Assembly: GCA_041697335.1 (NCBI GenBank)
Contig: JBGUGD010000021.1
Location: 1-47,378, forward strand
DNA length: 47,378 nt
Direction: 5' to 3'
DNA from: Vampirovibrionaceae bacterium NZW_1234
Lineage (GTDB): Bacteria > Cyanobacteriota > Vampirovibrionia > Vampirovibrionales > JAGQHJ01
Positions 1-9,522 of this stretch are shown one piece after another. The position numbers and the translations under genes are program-made. The notes under the pieces are model-generated. The model searched no databases. It was not told where the DNA came from and saw only the letters and a program-made list of their open reading frames with translations. Positions within the stretch are counted from its first letter, which is position 1, and each line of letters begins with the position of its first letter.

Positions 1-42
1 GGGTCATCTGCGATAATAAACCTGGGTTGCTGGGGTTGAGAA

Positions 43-73
43 TGTTTTGACCCTACCGCATTGAAGGTCTTGT
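43..73. repeat. 31-bp direct repeat, copy 1
   Basis: tgttttgaccctaccgcattgaaggtcttgt; matches 412-442 at 29/31 positions. Confidence 0.9.
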
Positions 74-118
74 TATGATGTATATAAATGAGTTAATGGA
101 TAAGGCTGAGAAAAATAA

Positions 119-379
119 ATGATTAGATTATCTCTAGTTATCGTTACCCTCTTATCTTCTACTTCCTTAGTCTATGGTTTTGCTGAGGATTATGACTTTA
201 ACAAAGAACAAAACAAGATAGAGGTGTACCTAGAGGATGCTAAGTCCTCTTGTGACTTTATGGCATTTACTGCTGATATACTTAAGAAGAAATATAAGTA
301 TATGAAAGACTGTCTTAACAGTAACTCTAAGAATACTTGGAGTGTCTGTGAGGATAAGTATAGTAATAGTAAAGATTAG
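119..379 (+). CDS. small putative secreted protein, 86 aa
   Basis: Hydrophobic N-terminal signal-like segment (MIRLSLVIVTLLSSTSLVYGFA), three Cys, AT-rich, lies between the 31-bp repeats. Confidence 0.6.
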   Translation: MIRLSLVIVTLLSSTSLVYGFAEDYDFNKEQNKIEVYLEDAKSSCDFMAFTADILKKKYKYMKDCLNSNSKNTWSVCEDKYSNSKD

Positions 380-411
380 TTCTAGATAATACTTCTTCCT
401 AGTCTCTTTAT

Positions 412-442
412 TGTTTTGACTCTACCGCATTAAAGGTCTTGT
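412..442. repeat. 31-bp direct repeat, copy 2
   Basis: tgttttgactctaccgcattaaaggtcttgt. Confidence 0.9.
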
Positions 443-530
443 GATACTCTGTAAAACTGGATTTTGACTCGAAGTCTAACGACTATTCTGTTAAATCCGC
501 TGGCCAGTGGTTACCACCATACTTCAATAA

Positions 531-654
531 GAAAAAAGAGCTTAAGGTTGGTTACGCCCACCCAAACAGAACTGCCAGAACAGATGCTTCCTCTTTGAAT
601 GATACGACCTAACATTCTGGAGGCCGCACCACGGGGGAAAAGGACTTAAGCTCT
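531..654 (-). ncRNA. candidate small structured RNA (~120 nt)
   Basis: Perfect 10-bp terminal inverted repeat AGAGCTTAAG (654-645)/CTTAAGCTCT (546-537) followed by a U-run; inner CCAGAA/TTCTGG stem; begins ~7 nt after a -10 box. Confidence 0.55.
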
Positions 655-661
655 GAGACTC

Positions 662-690
662 AAGATAGCACATCTGTAACACGTTCTCAA
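662..690 (-). promoter_or_regulatory. sigma70-type promoter of the candidate sRNA
   Basis: TTGAGA-17 bp-TATCTT with extended TGn. Confidence 0.6.
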
Positions 691-785
691 TCCGGCAAGG
701 TTCAGTCTGAGTTTATGTGGCCGATTATAAGTGGTTTTCAGGGGGCTGTCAGCGTGACCCCAGGGACCTTGTTCAAAATATGGCA

Positions 786-1124
786 TCAGGCTGGATGGTG
801 CTTGTGAGCGGCTTGGGTCAAAATCTCACCCACCCATGCGTTTAGGCTTTTGCCAGACAATTTGGCCGCAATGTAAACGTCTCGATGGTCTTCCGGCCTC
901 AAGCGCACAGTAAAGTTCCCGGAAAATGGCTTCTCAGGTGTTTCGCCGCGTTCCTTACAAAACGCAAGGTAATCGTCAACAGAATCTATGAAGGCCTGTT
1001 TGATTTCAGAGACCGAGGAACCTTGAAATGTAATCACATCTTTGGTGTTGATGACCTGGCCATGAAAAATCTCTGCCTCGTCATCAAATTCGACGTGTCC
1101 GATGTATCCCTTGTAATCCATCAT
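786..1124 (-). CDS. hicB: HicB family antitoxin
   Basis: YKGYIGHVEFD...ITFQG...SVDDYLAFC...PEKPFSGNFTVRL...SLNAWV; 4-bp overlap with hicA. Confidence 0.95.
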   Translation of the reverse strand: MMDYKGYIGHVEFDDEAEIFHGQVINTKDVITFQGSSVSEIKQAFIDSVDDYLAFCKERGETPEKPFSGNFTVRLRPEDHRDVYIAAKLSGKSLNAWVGEILTQAAHKHHPA

Positions 1125-1375
1125 GGCTTGACTCCCGATTGCTGTAAGAAGTCTCTTAAGGATTTAACCGCACCCTTATTGGTGACCTTTTCCGGGTGGG
1201 GTCGATGAAAAACAGCTCTCACGCCATTCAAGTATACCCGAACTCGTGAGCCGTTCCCTTCGGTTATCTCGGCACCAAGGGCTCTGAACAGCGACTCGAT
1301 ATCGTTCCAGTGGATATCGCTTTTGACTGGGTTGTGAAATAGCGCCTTAAGCGTGCTGACTTGCTTGCTGTTCAT
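1121..1375 (-). CDS. hicA: HicA family toxin (mRNA interferase)
   Basis: 84 aa, W.DIESL...EGNGSRV...FHRPHP motif, upstream of hicB. Confidence 0.95.
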   Translation of the reverse strand: MNSKQVSTLKALFHNPVKSDIHWNDIESLFRALGAEITEGNGSRVRVYLNGVRAVFHRPHPEKVTNKGAVKSLRDFLQQSGVKP

Positions 1376-1381
1376 GTATTT

Positions 1382-1410
1382 ATGGTATCAAAATATGATA
1401 CCATTTTCAA
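1382..1410 (-). promoter_or_regulatory. hicAB promoter with overlapping palindromic operator
   Basis: TTGAAA-17-TACCAT (with TGn); perfect 9-bp inverted repeat ATGGTATCA-N5-TGATACCAT at 1382-1404. Confidence 0.8.
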
Positions 1411-1884
1411 GGGTTGTAAACTAAGATAAATCGTTTAGCCCAAAACAAACCCGTCGCTGTGCGATGCTTTGGCCTGATGGTCTGTTCCGCAGAGCTTCTC
1501 TCCTATGCAACCAGGGTAAACGTGTCGCATTTCCGAGAATATGTGCTCTGGGTGAATGTCCCGTAACAACAAGCATCGGTATTTTGGGTAATCTATTTGG
1601 TGTGAGTGATTTTAGGGTGAGCAGGAAGCCGGTGTCGGGGAGAGTGGGGCACGTGTTTATAAATTTGTCATCCGCATCGAATCCGGGGACCAAATGGCCG
1701 CTTTTGGGGGAGAGGGTTAATTTGTAAAGGAAATTTAATTAATATAGAGTGTTTTATATGGGGTGTCTGGTATTACAGGGAAAAAACAAGTGTGGGTGAT
1801 GTCTTTTCTATTTCTGGAATGCAGTGATACGATAAGGGCTGTTTTTTGATATTTTTGGTTGGGTTTAAAGGAGCGAATACAAAG

Positions 1885-2802
1885 ATGGACAAGTTGACAG
1901 GCATGGTGCCTGCCGTTGGCCTGCGCATGGGTGGGCCCAAGCAGGCGGCAGGCGTTTCGTTTGGCGTGACACGACCGCCACAGACAACGCGTTTCGGGAT
2001 GGCGTTATCGAAGAAGGCTCAGGATCAATTTACTCGGGCGCAATCGACGGAAGCCGAGCGGCAGGCTCGCGAGGCCCATTCGGGAAAGCTGGTGCAGGCA
2101 TTTTATGGCACTGAAAAACATTTCAATCCGGGATTTATTGCGGATTCCATCCTGAACCCGCAACTCTTGCCCGGTATTCGACAGGACAGTGAGGCCTATT
2201 TGATTCAAGAGTGCAAAGATGATCGGACCCAAAATTATGTGGAGTTCCATGTAAAACGGGCGGGGCAGATATTGGCAGCGTTGCGACAGCATCCGAATGC
2301 CGATGCGACCCCAAAGGCCGTTGTCGACGCGCTGATGAATAATTGTCGCTACAATCAATATCAATATACGACTTGCGACATGGAGGATGGCTATCCCGTT
2401 GGAGACAGTTATACCGTGACGGTTGGGTATTATCCGGAATCGCCTCACACGCGGGGGAGCTGTATCGGCCAGGTGACGAACTTCGAATCGGCCTTTGCGG
2501 GGCTGGAAAAAGTGCCTTACAAACCGGCGTTTTCACCGGAACTGGAGACCGCATTTATTCAAGAAGCGTTGCCCTCGGCTCCAAACACCGTCCTGTTCAA
2601 CGTCCTGGGGTACCAGATTCAGCAACAGGACAAGGCCGATCCCGCTTTGACGACGCAAGTTCTCGGGGAAATCAAGAATCCCAAGCGGCAGTATCAACAA
2701 GAAGAATTTGATTACCTCGCCTCTGAGGCGTTGCCGGAAATGCCCGACGAGGTTGTAACCCATGTCGGCCGAAGCGCTTTTGGACCCAGTTGGACAGGCT
2801 AG
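1885..2802 (+). CDS. hypothetical protein (~305 aa)
   Basis: Long ORF; ATG at 1885 follows AAGGAG; low-complexity N-terminus with xFG motifs; no recognisable domain. Confidence 0.75.
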   Translation: MDKLTGMVPAVGLRMGGPKQAAGVSFGVTRPPQTTRFGMALSKKAQDQFTRAQSTEAERQAREAHSGKLVQAFYGTEKHFNPGFIADSILNPQLLPGIRQDSEAYLIQECKDDRTQNYVEFHVKRAGQILAALRQHPNADATPKAVVDALMNNCRYNQYQYTTCDMEDGYPVGDSYTVTVGYYPESPHTRGSCIGQVTNFESAFAGLEKVPYKPAFSPELETAFIQEALPSAPNTVLFNVLGYQIQQQDKADPALTTQVLGEIKNPKRQYQQEEFDYLASEALPEMPDEVVTHVGRSAFGPSWTG

Positions 2803-3671
2803 TGTCGCTGAGAACTGCTGGTTTCGGGCTGGGGTTCTTTCTGGGTGTCATGTAAGAACAAGAGGACGTGGCAGGTGGTATCAGCATGGATGGCGTGGGT
2901 GAGTTGGGGGTCGATCATCAGGCCGGTGCCGGGGGCCAGTGGGACTGGGTCGGCGCCGTCGACGGTGAAAACGCCTTGGCCGGAGACACAGTAGAGAAAC
3001 AGGTGTTTGGGCGTCCAGTGGGCGGGCAGGGATTCGTGGGCCTGAATGGTGAGGTGCTTCACCTGAAGGCCCGGGGCCTCGGCCAGCCGGGTGATCAGGA
3101 GTGGGCGATCCGACGGCGTGTCTACGTCCATGTGAACCACCCGGAAGGATTTTTCCGGGCGGATAATGGCCGGGATATCGCTGGTTTTGGCCTCGGCCCG
3201 GATGTGGGTCATGGCCTCCAGGACCCGGTGTTTTTCCTCCGACGATAAGGCGGCTTCGCAGGTGGGGAAGATGCCGCTGTCCTCTCGGGCAATGTGATTG
3301 CGAAGGTCCTCGATAAACTGTCGACTCGTTTTTTCAAAGGCCGTGTAGTCGGCCTTGTCAAATTGCGTCAGCAGCCCATCGCGAAGGGTCACGAGTTCTT
3401 CATGCTCGACTTCCATCAGCACCATGGGATGATACGGCGACACCGCCGGGAACAGGGCCCGTTCTTCACAGGCAAAATGGACATTGATTTCCTGGGAAAT
3501 TGTGTGTAAAAGCGCCTGCGTTTCCTCCCGTTCGGAAGACGACACGGCATGTCCGCTAGAAAACCGGCTGAGCTGGTTTTCCAGCGAAAGCAGATAGCCT
3601 TCCATGGTGCGATGCTCTTCAATCAGGCTCTGGCAAACGGAGAATGCCTGGTGTGTTTGTGGCGATGTCAT
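2799..3671 (-). CDS. hemerythrin (HHE) domain plus C-terminal cupin protein
   Basis: EEH, HFACEE, EHEE and HIAREDS motifs; cupin-like LPAHWTP...G.GVF...LTHAI. Confidence 0.85.
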   Translation of the reverse strand: MTSPQTHQAFSVCQSLIEEHRTMEGYLLSLENQLSRFSSGHAVSSSEREETQALLHTISQEINVHFACEERALFPAVSPYHPMVLMEVEHEELVTLRDGLLTQFDKADYTAFEKTSRQFIEDLRNHIAREDSGIFPTCEAALSSEEKHRVLEAMTHIRAEAKTSDIPAIIRPEKSFRVVHMDVDTPSDRPLLITRLAEAPGLQVKHLTIQAHESLPAHWTPKHLFLYCVSGQGVFTVDGADPVPLAPGTGLMIDPQLTHAIHADTTCHVLLFLHDTQKEPQPETSSSQRH

Positions 3672-3722
3672 GAATACCCTCTCAGTCAGTGGTGATAGCT
3701 TTCTCTTGACGCAACCCTGACG

Positions 3723-4916
3723 TCAGGGTTCCCGATTTACGGCATCGGATCGGACTCGATCGCCTTTGGAGCTGACGTTGGCATTCAAGAGCAATGGGTT
3801 CAATGCCGCGTCTTCAGAGATTCGGCGCTCATCGTCTTGATTCTCCTCGGTCGGTTGAGGGCGGGCGGATGGGCGGACATCCATCAGGCTGGCCAGCTGG
3901 CGGACGTCCTGGGAGGTGCCTTTTTGCATCACCAGAAGCACGTCGTCGGTGTCCACAATAATCAGGTCGGAAAGGCCAAGGGTCGATACGGTGCGGCCGG
4001 AAGTGCTAAACACCGTGGTGTTGCTGGCATCGGGGCTTACCAGGTCGGTCCCGCGCTGGATATTGCCCTGGGCATCCTTGGGAAACAGATCGTCCAGGCT
4101 GTCCCAGCAGCCCACATCCGACCAGGCCACCGACAAGGGGACCATGGCCACGTTGGTGACATGCTCCATCACCGCATAATCGAAGGACACGTTGGGCATC
4201 TGGTGGAAAGATTCCAGCATCTGGGCATAGGGCTTCTGGAGCAGGTCGTAGATGTCGGGGGTATGGGTTTGAAATGCCTGGTACAAGGTGTTTAGCGTAA
4301 AGGCAAACATCCCCGAATTCCAAAAATAGTCGCCGTTGGCCACAAATTGGGCGGCCGTTTCCTTGTCCGGTTTTTCGGTAAAGGCCTGCACGTGGAAATA
4401 ACTGTCATCGACGGCCTTGCCCGAGGCGGTGTCGACGTGAATGTAACCGTAGCCGGTTTCGGGGCGGGTCGGGCGAATGCCGAAAATCACCATTTTGCCT
4501 TGCTGGGCCAGGTGCCGGGCTAAGTCGAAATCCTGCCAGAGCGTCGGCTCATCGGCGATGACGTGATCCGAGGGCAAAACCAGCAGGACGTCATTCGGAT
4601 CGACGGCATGGGTAGACTCGATGAATTTTGCGGCCAGGGCAATGGCCGGTGCCGTGCTTCGGGGGAGGGGTTCATACAGGACATTATTGGCCAGGGAAAA
4701 ACCAATCTCCAGCATCTGCGCAAGTAACAAGGCCTGATGCGCAAGATTGGACACAATGAAGATTCCGTCGATATAATCGGGCTTGTTCATGCGGTGGAGC
4801 GTGTCCTGAAACAGCGAGCGTTCCGTATTGAGTTGGATAAACTGCTTTGGCATCTCTGCCCGAGACAAGGGCCATAATCGTGTGCCGCCGCCTCCCGCCA
4901 GGATCACCGCTCTCAT
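3723..4916 (-). CDS. manC: mannose-1-phosphate guanylyltransferase
   Basis: ILAGGGGTRLWPLSR..PKQF, PSDH, FTEKP, WNSGMF, WSDVGCW; start moved to ATG 4916; no C-terminal isomerase cupin seen. Confidence 0.92.
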   Translation of the reverse strand: MRAVILAGGGGTRLWPLSRAEMPKQFIQLNTERSLFQDTLHRMNKPDYIDGIFIVSNLAHQALLLAQMLEIGFSLANNVLYEPLPRSTAPAIALAAKFIESTHAVDPNDVLLVLPSDHVIADEPTLWQDFDLARHLAQQGKMVIFGIRPTRPETGYGYIHVDTASGKAVDDSYFHVQAFTEKPDKETAAQFVANGDYFWNSGMFAFTLNTLYQAFQTHTPDIYDLLQKPYAQMLESFHQMPNVSFDYAVMEHVTNVAMVPLSVAWSDVGCWDSLDDLFPKDAQGNIQRGTDLVSPDASNTTVFSTSGRTVSTLGLSDLIIVDTDDVLLVMQKGTSQDVRQLASLMDVRPSARPQPTEENQDDERRISEDAALNPLLLNANVSSKGDRVRSDAVNREP

Positions 4917-5122
4917 GGATTCACGACCGAAATAGGTAGGGGTTGATAACGTTGGTTCATAACGCTTTAAGACTGCCTCTATTGCCCACAGTATGTCATG
5001 AACATGGGTGTCAAGCAAACCGCTCCCCTGAGCGGGCAAGAGGCACGGCAATGGCTTGGCTGTATCCCTCCCCGGAACAGCGCTTTGAATTCAAAGGGCG
5101 TTTATACTAAATTGAGGCAATT

Positions 5123-6115
5123 GTGGCGAAGAAGGGTGTTATGATGGCCCCGGTTCTAGACAACCTTGTTGACCCCGCTCATCAGCCAAGAATGAAGACA
5201 CGTGCGCAATCCCCTTCACTGGCCAAGGGCGGGGTATGTGTGGAACTCAACGGCGGGCTGGGGAACCAGATGTATCAGTACGCCATGGGCAAAGCCCTTG
5301 CTCATCAGCGTCAGGTGCCCCTGTTTGTGGATACCCGCTTGTTTGAAGGCTACTTTCGTCCCTTTGAACTGGACCGCTTCCAGGTCGACTATGTGCCTCT
5401 GACCCCGGAGCAGGGACGTCTTCTGGCCAGACTGGCCGAGGGGAAATGGGTGGATCCCCTTCGGCGGCTTCGCCACGGGCTTCCTCTGCTGAGTGCGCCT
5501 TATGGCCTGTGTGAACAGGACGAGGACTATGACGATCAGGTCTGCCACCTGCCCGGCGGCAACCGGGTGATTTGGGTGCAAGGCTACTGGCAAAGCTGGC
5601 GCTATTTCGAGCCGGTTCGGGAGACGATTCAGCAGGCGTTTCGGCTGAAAACACCGCCCTCGCCGGAGGCCGGGTCTCTGTTGCGACAGCTCGAAGGCCG
5701 TCCCACAGTGGCCCTACACATTCGGCGCGGCGATTACCTGCAGCTGCAAAACGTTTATGCCATGCTGGGTGTTGACTATTATGAGGCCTGCTTGCAGCGC
5801 CTGTGGCAGCACCATCCCGATGCACAACCCTGGCTGTTTTCCGATGACCCGGAGTGGGTGGCCCAGCATTTCCCGGTGGCACAATGGAAGGCCGTTATCG
5901 CCAAACAGGACTGCCCCGGCCTAAGCACCCTGGATGAATTTGTCCTGATGCAACACTGCCGCCATCAGATTATCGGGAACTCCACCTTCAGCTGTTGGGC
6001 GGCCTGGCTCAACGCGAACCCGGACAAACAGGTGTTTGCCCCGGCACGCTGGTTTGCCCAGCGGCCCATTCGGCCCGAAGACCGCTTTCCGCCCGGTTGG
6101 CATGTGATGGAGTAG
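5123..6115 (+). CDS. GT11 alpha-1,2-fucosyltransferase-like
   Basis: GGLGNQMYQY, GYWQS, HIRRGDY, NSTFSCWAAWL motifs; exact start uncertain. Confidence 0.9.
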   Translation: MAKKGVMMAPVLDNLVDPAHQPRMKTRAQSPSLAKGGVCVELNGGLGNQMYQYAMGKALAHQRQVPLFVDTRLFEGYFRPFELDRFQVDYVPLTPEQGRLLARLAEGKWVDPLRRLRHGLPLLSAPYGLCEQDEDYDDQVCHLPGGNRVIWVQGYWQSWRYFEPVRETIQQAFRLKTPPSPEAGSLLRQLEGRPTVALHIRRGDYLQLQNVYAMLGVDYYEACLQRLWQHHPDAQPWLFSDDPEWVAQHFPVAQWKAVIAKQDCPGLSTLDEFVLMQHCRHQIIGNSTFSCWAAWLNANPDKQVFAPARWFAQRPIRPEDRFPPGWHVME

Positions 6116-6123
6116 CGCCCAAG

Positions 6124-7194
6124 ATGCCCCGAGTATCCGTGATTCTGCCGACCTATAACAGTCTTCACACCTTGAAAGAGGCCGTGGACAGCATCTTGCA
6201 GCAAACCTTTGGTGATCTGGAACTGATTGTAATCGATGACGCTTCCACCGACGGCACTCCCGCCTGGCTGGGCACCCTCTCGGACCCCAGGGTTAAGGTG
6301 ATTCTCCATGAGACCAACCAACGCATTGCCAATGCCCTTAACACCGGGATTACTCAGGCCCGAGGCGACTATATCGCCCGCATGGACGCCGATGACTGGT
6401 CGATGCCGGACCGGGTGGGAAAGCAGGTGCGGTTTCTGGATGAAAATCCTCGCATCCTGGCCCTGGGGACGGCGCTGGAACTGGTTCAGCAACCGGATGT
6501 GACCGAGACCCTGAGCCTTGCCACATCAACAGGGACGTACCTGGGCTATGAGACGGATCCGCATCTGGCGACGGCGGAGATGGCCTTCTGCTGTACCCTG
6601 GCGCATCCGACGGTGATGTTCCGGCGACAGGCCCTGCTGAACACAATCGACCCGCCATGGTATCGCCCTGAAAGCAAGACCGAAGACTATGACCTCTGGG
6701 TCCGGCTTCTTCCGGCGGGCCAGGTCACCAGCCTGCCGGACGCCCTGCTCCGCTACCGCCAGCACCCCAATCAGTTAAGTGCCCGATCCGAAGCCATTGC
6801 CGCTGCCAGCAAAGCGGCTCGACTGTTGCTGCTGCACCAGATTCTGCCCGAGTGGTCCGAAGACCGCCTCGCACAATGGCAGCCTGCCCATGAACATCTC
6901 AGTCTGTTGCCCACGGGGTTGTCCGGGGATGAGTTGGCCCGGTGTGCCCAGTGGTTGAACCAGCTGGTCCAAGCCCCCAAAGCCCTGGCGCTGTTTCAGG
7001 AAGCCCCCTGGAAAACGGTCCTGGCCCGGCGGTGGTATCAGCTGTGTCGAAATCATCAGCATCTGGGCTGGAAATCCTGGCAGATCTTCAATCAGGGCCC
7101 GACCCAAACGCCGCTGCTGAAATTGAAAACCCGTCGCCTGCTGTGGCGGAGTCTTCGGGTGGAGTGGGCGAATCGCACAGGCATCCGTCTTTAA
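6124..7194 (+). CDS. GT2 family glycosyltransferase
   Basis: VSVILPTYN, IDDASTD, ARMDADD, EDYDLW; start moved to ATG 6124. Confidence 0.92.
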   Translation: MPRVSVILPTYNSLHTLKEAVDSILQQTFGDLELIVIDDASTDGTPAWLGTLSDPRVKVILHETNQRIANALNTGITQARGDYIARMDADDWSMPDRVGKQVRFLDENPRILALGTALELVQQPDVTETLSLATSTGTYLGYETDPHLATAEMAFCCTLAHPTVMFRRQALLNTIDPPWYRPESKTEDYDLWVRLLPAGQVTSLPDALLRYRQHPNQLSARSEAIAAASKAARLLLLHQILPEWSEDRLAQWQPAHEHLSLLPTGLSGDELARCAQWLNQLVQAPKALALFQEAPWKTVLARRWYQLCRNHQHLGWKSWQIFNQGPTQTPLLKLKTRRLLWRSLRVEWANRTGIRL

Positions 7195-7195
7195 G

Positions 7196-8395
7196 TCAGG
7201 GTGTTCGGAAGCCTCTGGCGTCGATACGGTTAAAGGCCGCCTCAATCTGGGTAGCTGCCGTCTGTGATGTTAAATACTGCCGGGCTTTCAGGCTGGCCGC
7301 TTCAAAGGCCGTGCCGCTGTATTGCTCAGGTGCTTGGGTCCAGCCCTCGATGACGCGGGCCATGTCGTCTAAAGTATCGCAGAGCACCCCAATGGGCCCG
7401 AATTGCTGGACATAATGCCGAAAGTACGGGTTGGGAAAACTCACGAAAGGCTTTCGGCAGCGAAGGACATCAAAAAGGGCGCCACTGGCCCGCAACTGAT
7501 AACTGTCTGGCGGGTAGGTAAAGACAAAGCCGTGCATCCGCTCGCACCAGGCCTGATAGTCTTCGATCTCAAGATTCTTCGTGGGGGAGGGCACCGTCAC
7601 CCACGGGGATTGGGTCGCCCGTTCCTGAAGGGACGATTCGATAAGCCGACCGATGTAAAACATGGCCGCATCCACCTGGCGATGGGTCAGCATGTCACAT
7701 AACGAGAAAAAGTCCGGGGTGCCCTTGGTGATGCTGCCGTTGCCAATGGCCGCAAAGGATAAGGGGCCTGTGTCGGCAGGTGTTTTGGGCAGAGGATCCC
7801 AGAGGAGCGGGTGATCCATGATGGACACATGCTCAGCTACGCCCGGAAAGCGGTTGAGCATGTGCTCATAAATGCTCGGCCCCAGGGTTACCAGTTGCAG
7901 GTTCGGCGGCTTTGGCCGAACCAGGGCATGCTTGAACCAGAACAGCCGGGGCAAGGTCTTTTTCGGCGGTATTAAAACCGACTCCAGATGGCTGTGAAGG
8001 ATCGCCAGCGTCGGATGCCGGAGGGGCAGACTTTGCAGCACCCAGAGCAGGTTGGTATTGACGGAACTCCAAACAATGCGGGTGGCCTCAGGATGCTCCC
8101 GGAGCCAATGGTGGATCCTCCAGGCCAGATTGAGATCGGTAGGGCCTCGCTTATGATCCTTGCTCTGGTGGATGGCCGGAGACAAGGTCATCCATTGAAG
8201 CTGTGTGTCGTCCTGACCGGCCGCGCGTAGGCGCTGTCTTAAGCACACCTGATGGGAGGCCTCCGCCCAGATGCAAATGGTCCAGTCCGGATAGGCCGTT
8301 ACTAGCCCGGCAATCAGGGCTGCATTGAACTCCACATGCACCATGCCTGTGCACAGGGGCTCTACCAGCAGAAGGGTCCGTTTCCGGGGTGGCAT
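7196..8395 (-). CDS. GT-B fold glycosyltransferase-like protein
   Basis: H.EFNAAL N-terminus, KG..DF, Y.LRASGALFD...KP; start overlaps upstream stop (GTGATG). Confidence 0.7.
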   Translation of the reverse strand: MPPRKRTLLLVEPLCTGMVHVEFNAALIAGLVTAYPDWTICIWAEASHQVCLRQRLRAAGQDDTQLQWMTLSPAIHQSKDHKRGPTDLNLAWRIHHWLREHPEATRIVWSSVNTNLLWVLQSLPLRHPTLAILHSHLESVLIPPKKTLPRLFWFKHALVRPKPPNLQLVTLGPSIYEHMLNRFPGVAEHVSIMDHPLLWDPLPKTPADTGPLSFAAIGNGSITKGTPDFFSLCDMLTHRQVDAAMFYIGRLIESSLQERATQSPWVTVPSPTKNLEIEDYQAWCERMHGFVFTYPPDSYQLRASGALFDVLRCRKPFVSFPNPYFRHYVQQFGPIGVLCDTLDDMARVIEGWTQAPEQYSGTAFEAASLKARQYLTSQTAATQIEAAFNRIDARGFRTP

Positions 8396-9522
8396 CACGT
8401 ATCCCCCCAGAGCGCTCGGTATTGGGCCGCCAGGACCTGCCAGTCCTGGCCTTGTGCCCACTGCCAGGCCGCCTTGTAACGCATTTCCAGAGAAGCCCTG
8501 TCGAGAGTGAGTATCTCCTGAAGGGCCTGGTGAAGGTCCTCGGGAGACTGGCAGATCCACATGGCGTCTGCTGCCGGATGCATGCGCAGGTAGTCTTCCC
8601 GCAGAGGGTTGTCATAAAAGGCGATGATCGGGCGTTTGGCACAGAGGGCCTCGAGAATGGTCAGGTACCCCGAGGCGATGATGACGTGTGAGGATGCCAG
8701 AACAGGGCGGATGTCCTCCACCGGCTCCCGGCATTCCAGCGTCAGTGCTGAGGGTGCCAGGTCCTTTTGGAGGGCTTTCATGTCCTGAGAGAGGCTGCCA
8801 TGGCCGAAAAACGTCAGATGAATGGGATGGTCTTTTAGCCCGGGGAGGGCATGGAGCAGGGCTTGGACCCCGGTGTCGGCTTCGAGTCGGCCGAGATAGG
8901 CGATGTTCAGAGCCGTGCCCGGTGTTCGGTCGGGCATCGCTTCGATGGCCTGAAATTTCGTCGTATCCACACCGCCATAAGTGATCGTTGAACTCTGGGT
9001 GCCGTACCAGTGGTCAATAAAGCTCCCGACGGCCAAGGTTCCGGAGACCTCGCGCTCACAAGCCTGCCGGGCGGTGATGCTCCACGGCTCGACCGGGTAT
9101 TTGCCTTCCCAGCCGTGATAGGTCAGAAAGGTCCGTTTCAGAAGGCCAAACGCTTTGAGCCAGGGCAGCATGGGGTAGCACACCCCGGCATCATGAAAGT
9201 GAATCACCCTGGGGCGATGCCATAACAACAACAGCAGCAGCCACCCACGCTGAATCCAGCCGAGGGGATGAACACAGGCCCGCTTGTAATACGCCCGGAA
9301 GGGAAGCCAGATGACCGGCGGGGTGTGGGATGAGGACTTTGCTTTCAGGTTTTTGGGAGGCGCCTTGAGGGCTATCCAGAGCCCCGCTTGGTCGTGATGC
9401 GCTTGTAAAGACGTCATCAGGTGTCGGATATGGGTCTCCACGCCGCCCGAATACGGCAGAGCCGAGGCGGAAACCATGGCGTAATCCGGTTTGTGATGCG
9501 TCTTTGTTTCAGGGGTGGGCAT
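8395..9522 (-). CDS. GT4 family glycosyltransferase
   Basis: GGVETH, GVDT..F, YLGRLE.DTG, ILEALCA.RP; TAATG coupling at 9522. Confidence 0.88.
   Translation of the reverse strand: MPTPETKTHHKPDYAMVSASALPYSGGVETHIRHLMTSLQAHHDQAGLWIALKAPPKNLKAKSSSHTPPVIWLPFRAYYKRACVHPLGWIQRGWLLLLLLWHRPRVIHFHDAGVCYPMLPWLKAFGLLKRTFLTYHGWEGKYPVEPWSITARQACEREVSGTLAVGSFIDHWYGTQSSTITYGGVDTTKFQAIEAMPDRTPGTALNIAYLGRLEADTGVQALLHALPGLKDHPIHLTFFGHGSLSQDMKALQKDLAPSALTLECREPVEDIRPVLASSHVIIASGYLTILEALCAKRPIIAFYDNPLREDYLRMHPAADAMWICQSPEDLHQALQEILTLDRASLEMRYKAAWQWAQGQDWQVLAAQYRALWGDT

Noticed and set aside
584..614. SRP-RNA-like words (TGTTAGGTC...AGGAAGCA) in the candidate sRNA
   Set aside because: The required short stem with a GNRA tetraloop is absent, so it is not called ffs.
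1421..1727. Short ORFs upstream of hicA on both strands
   Set aside because: No RBS or recognisable motifs; treated as intergenic.
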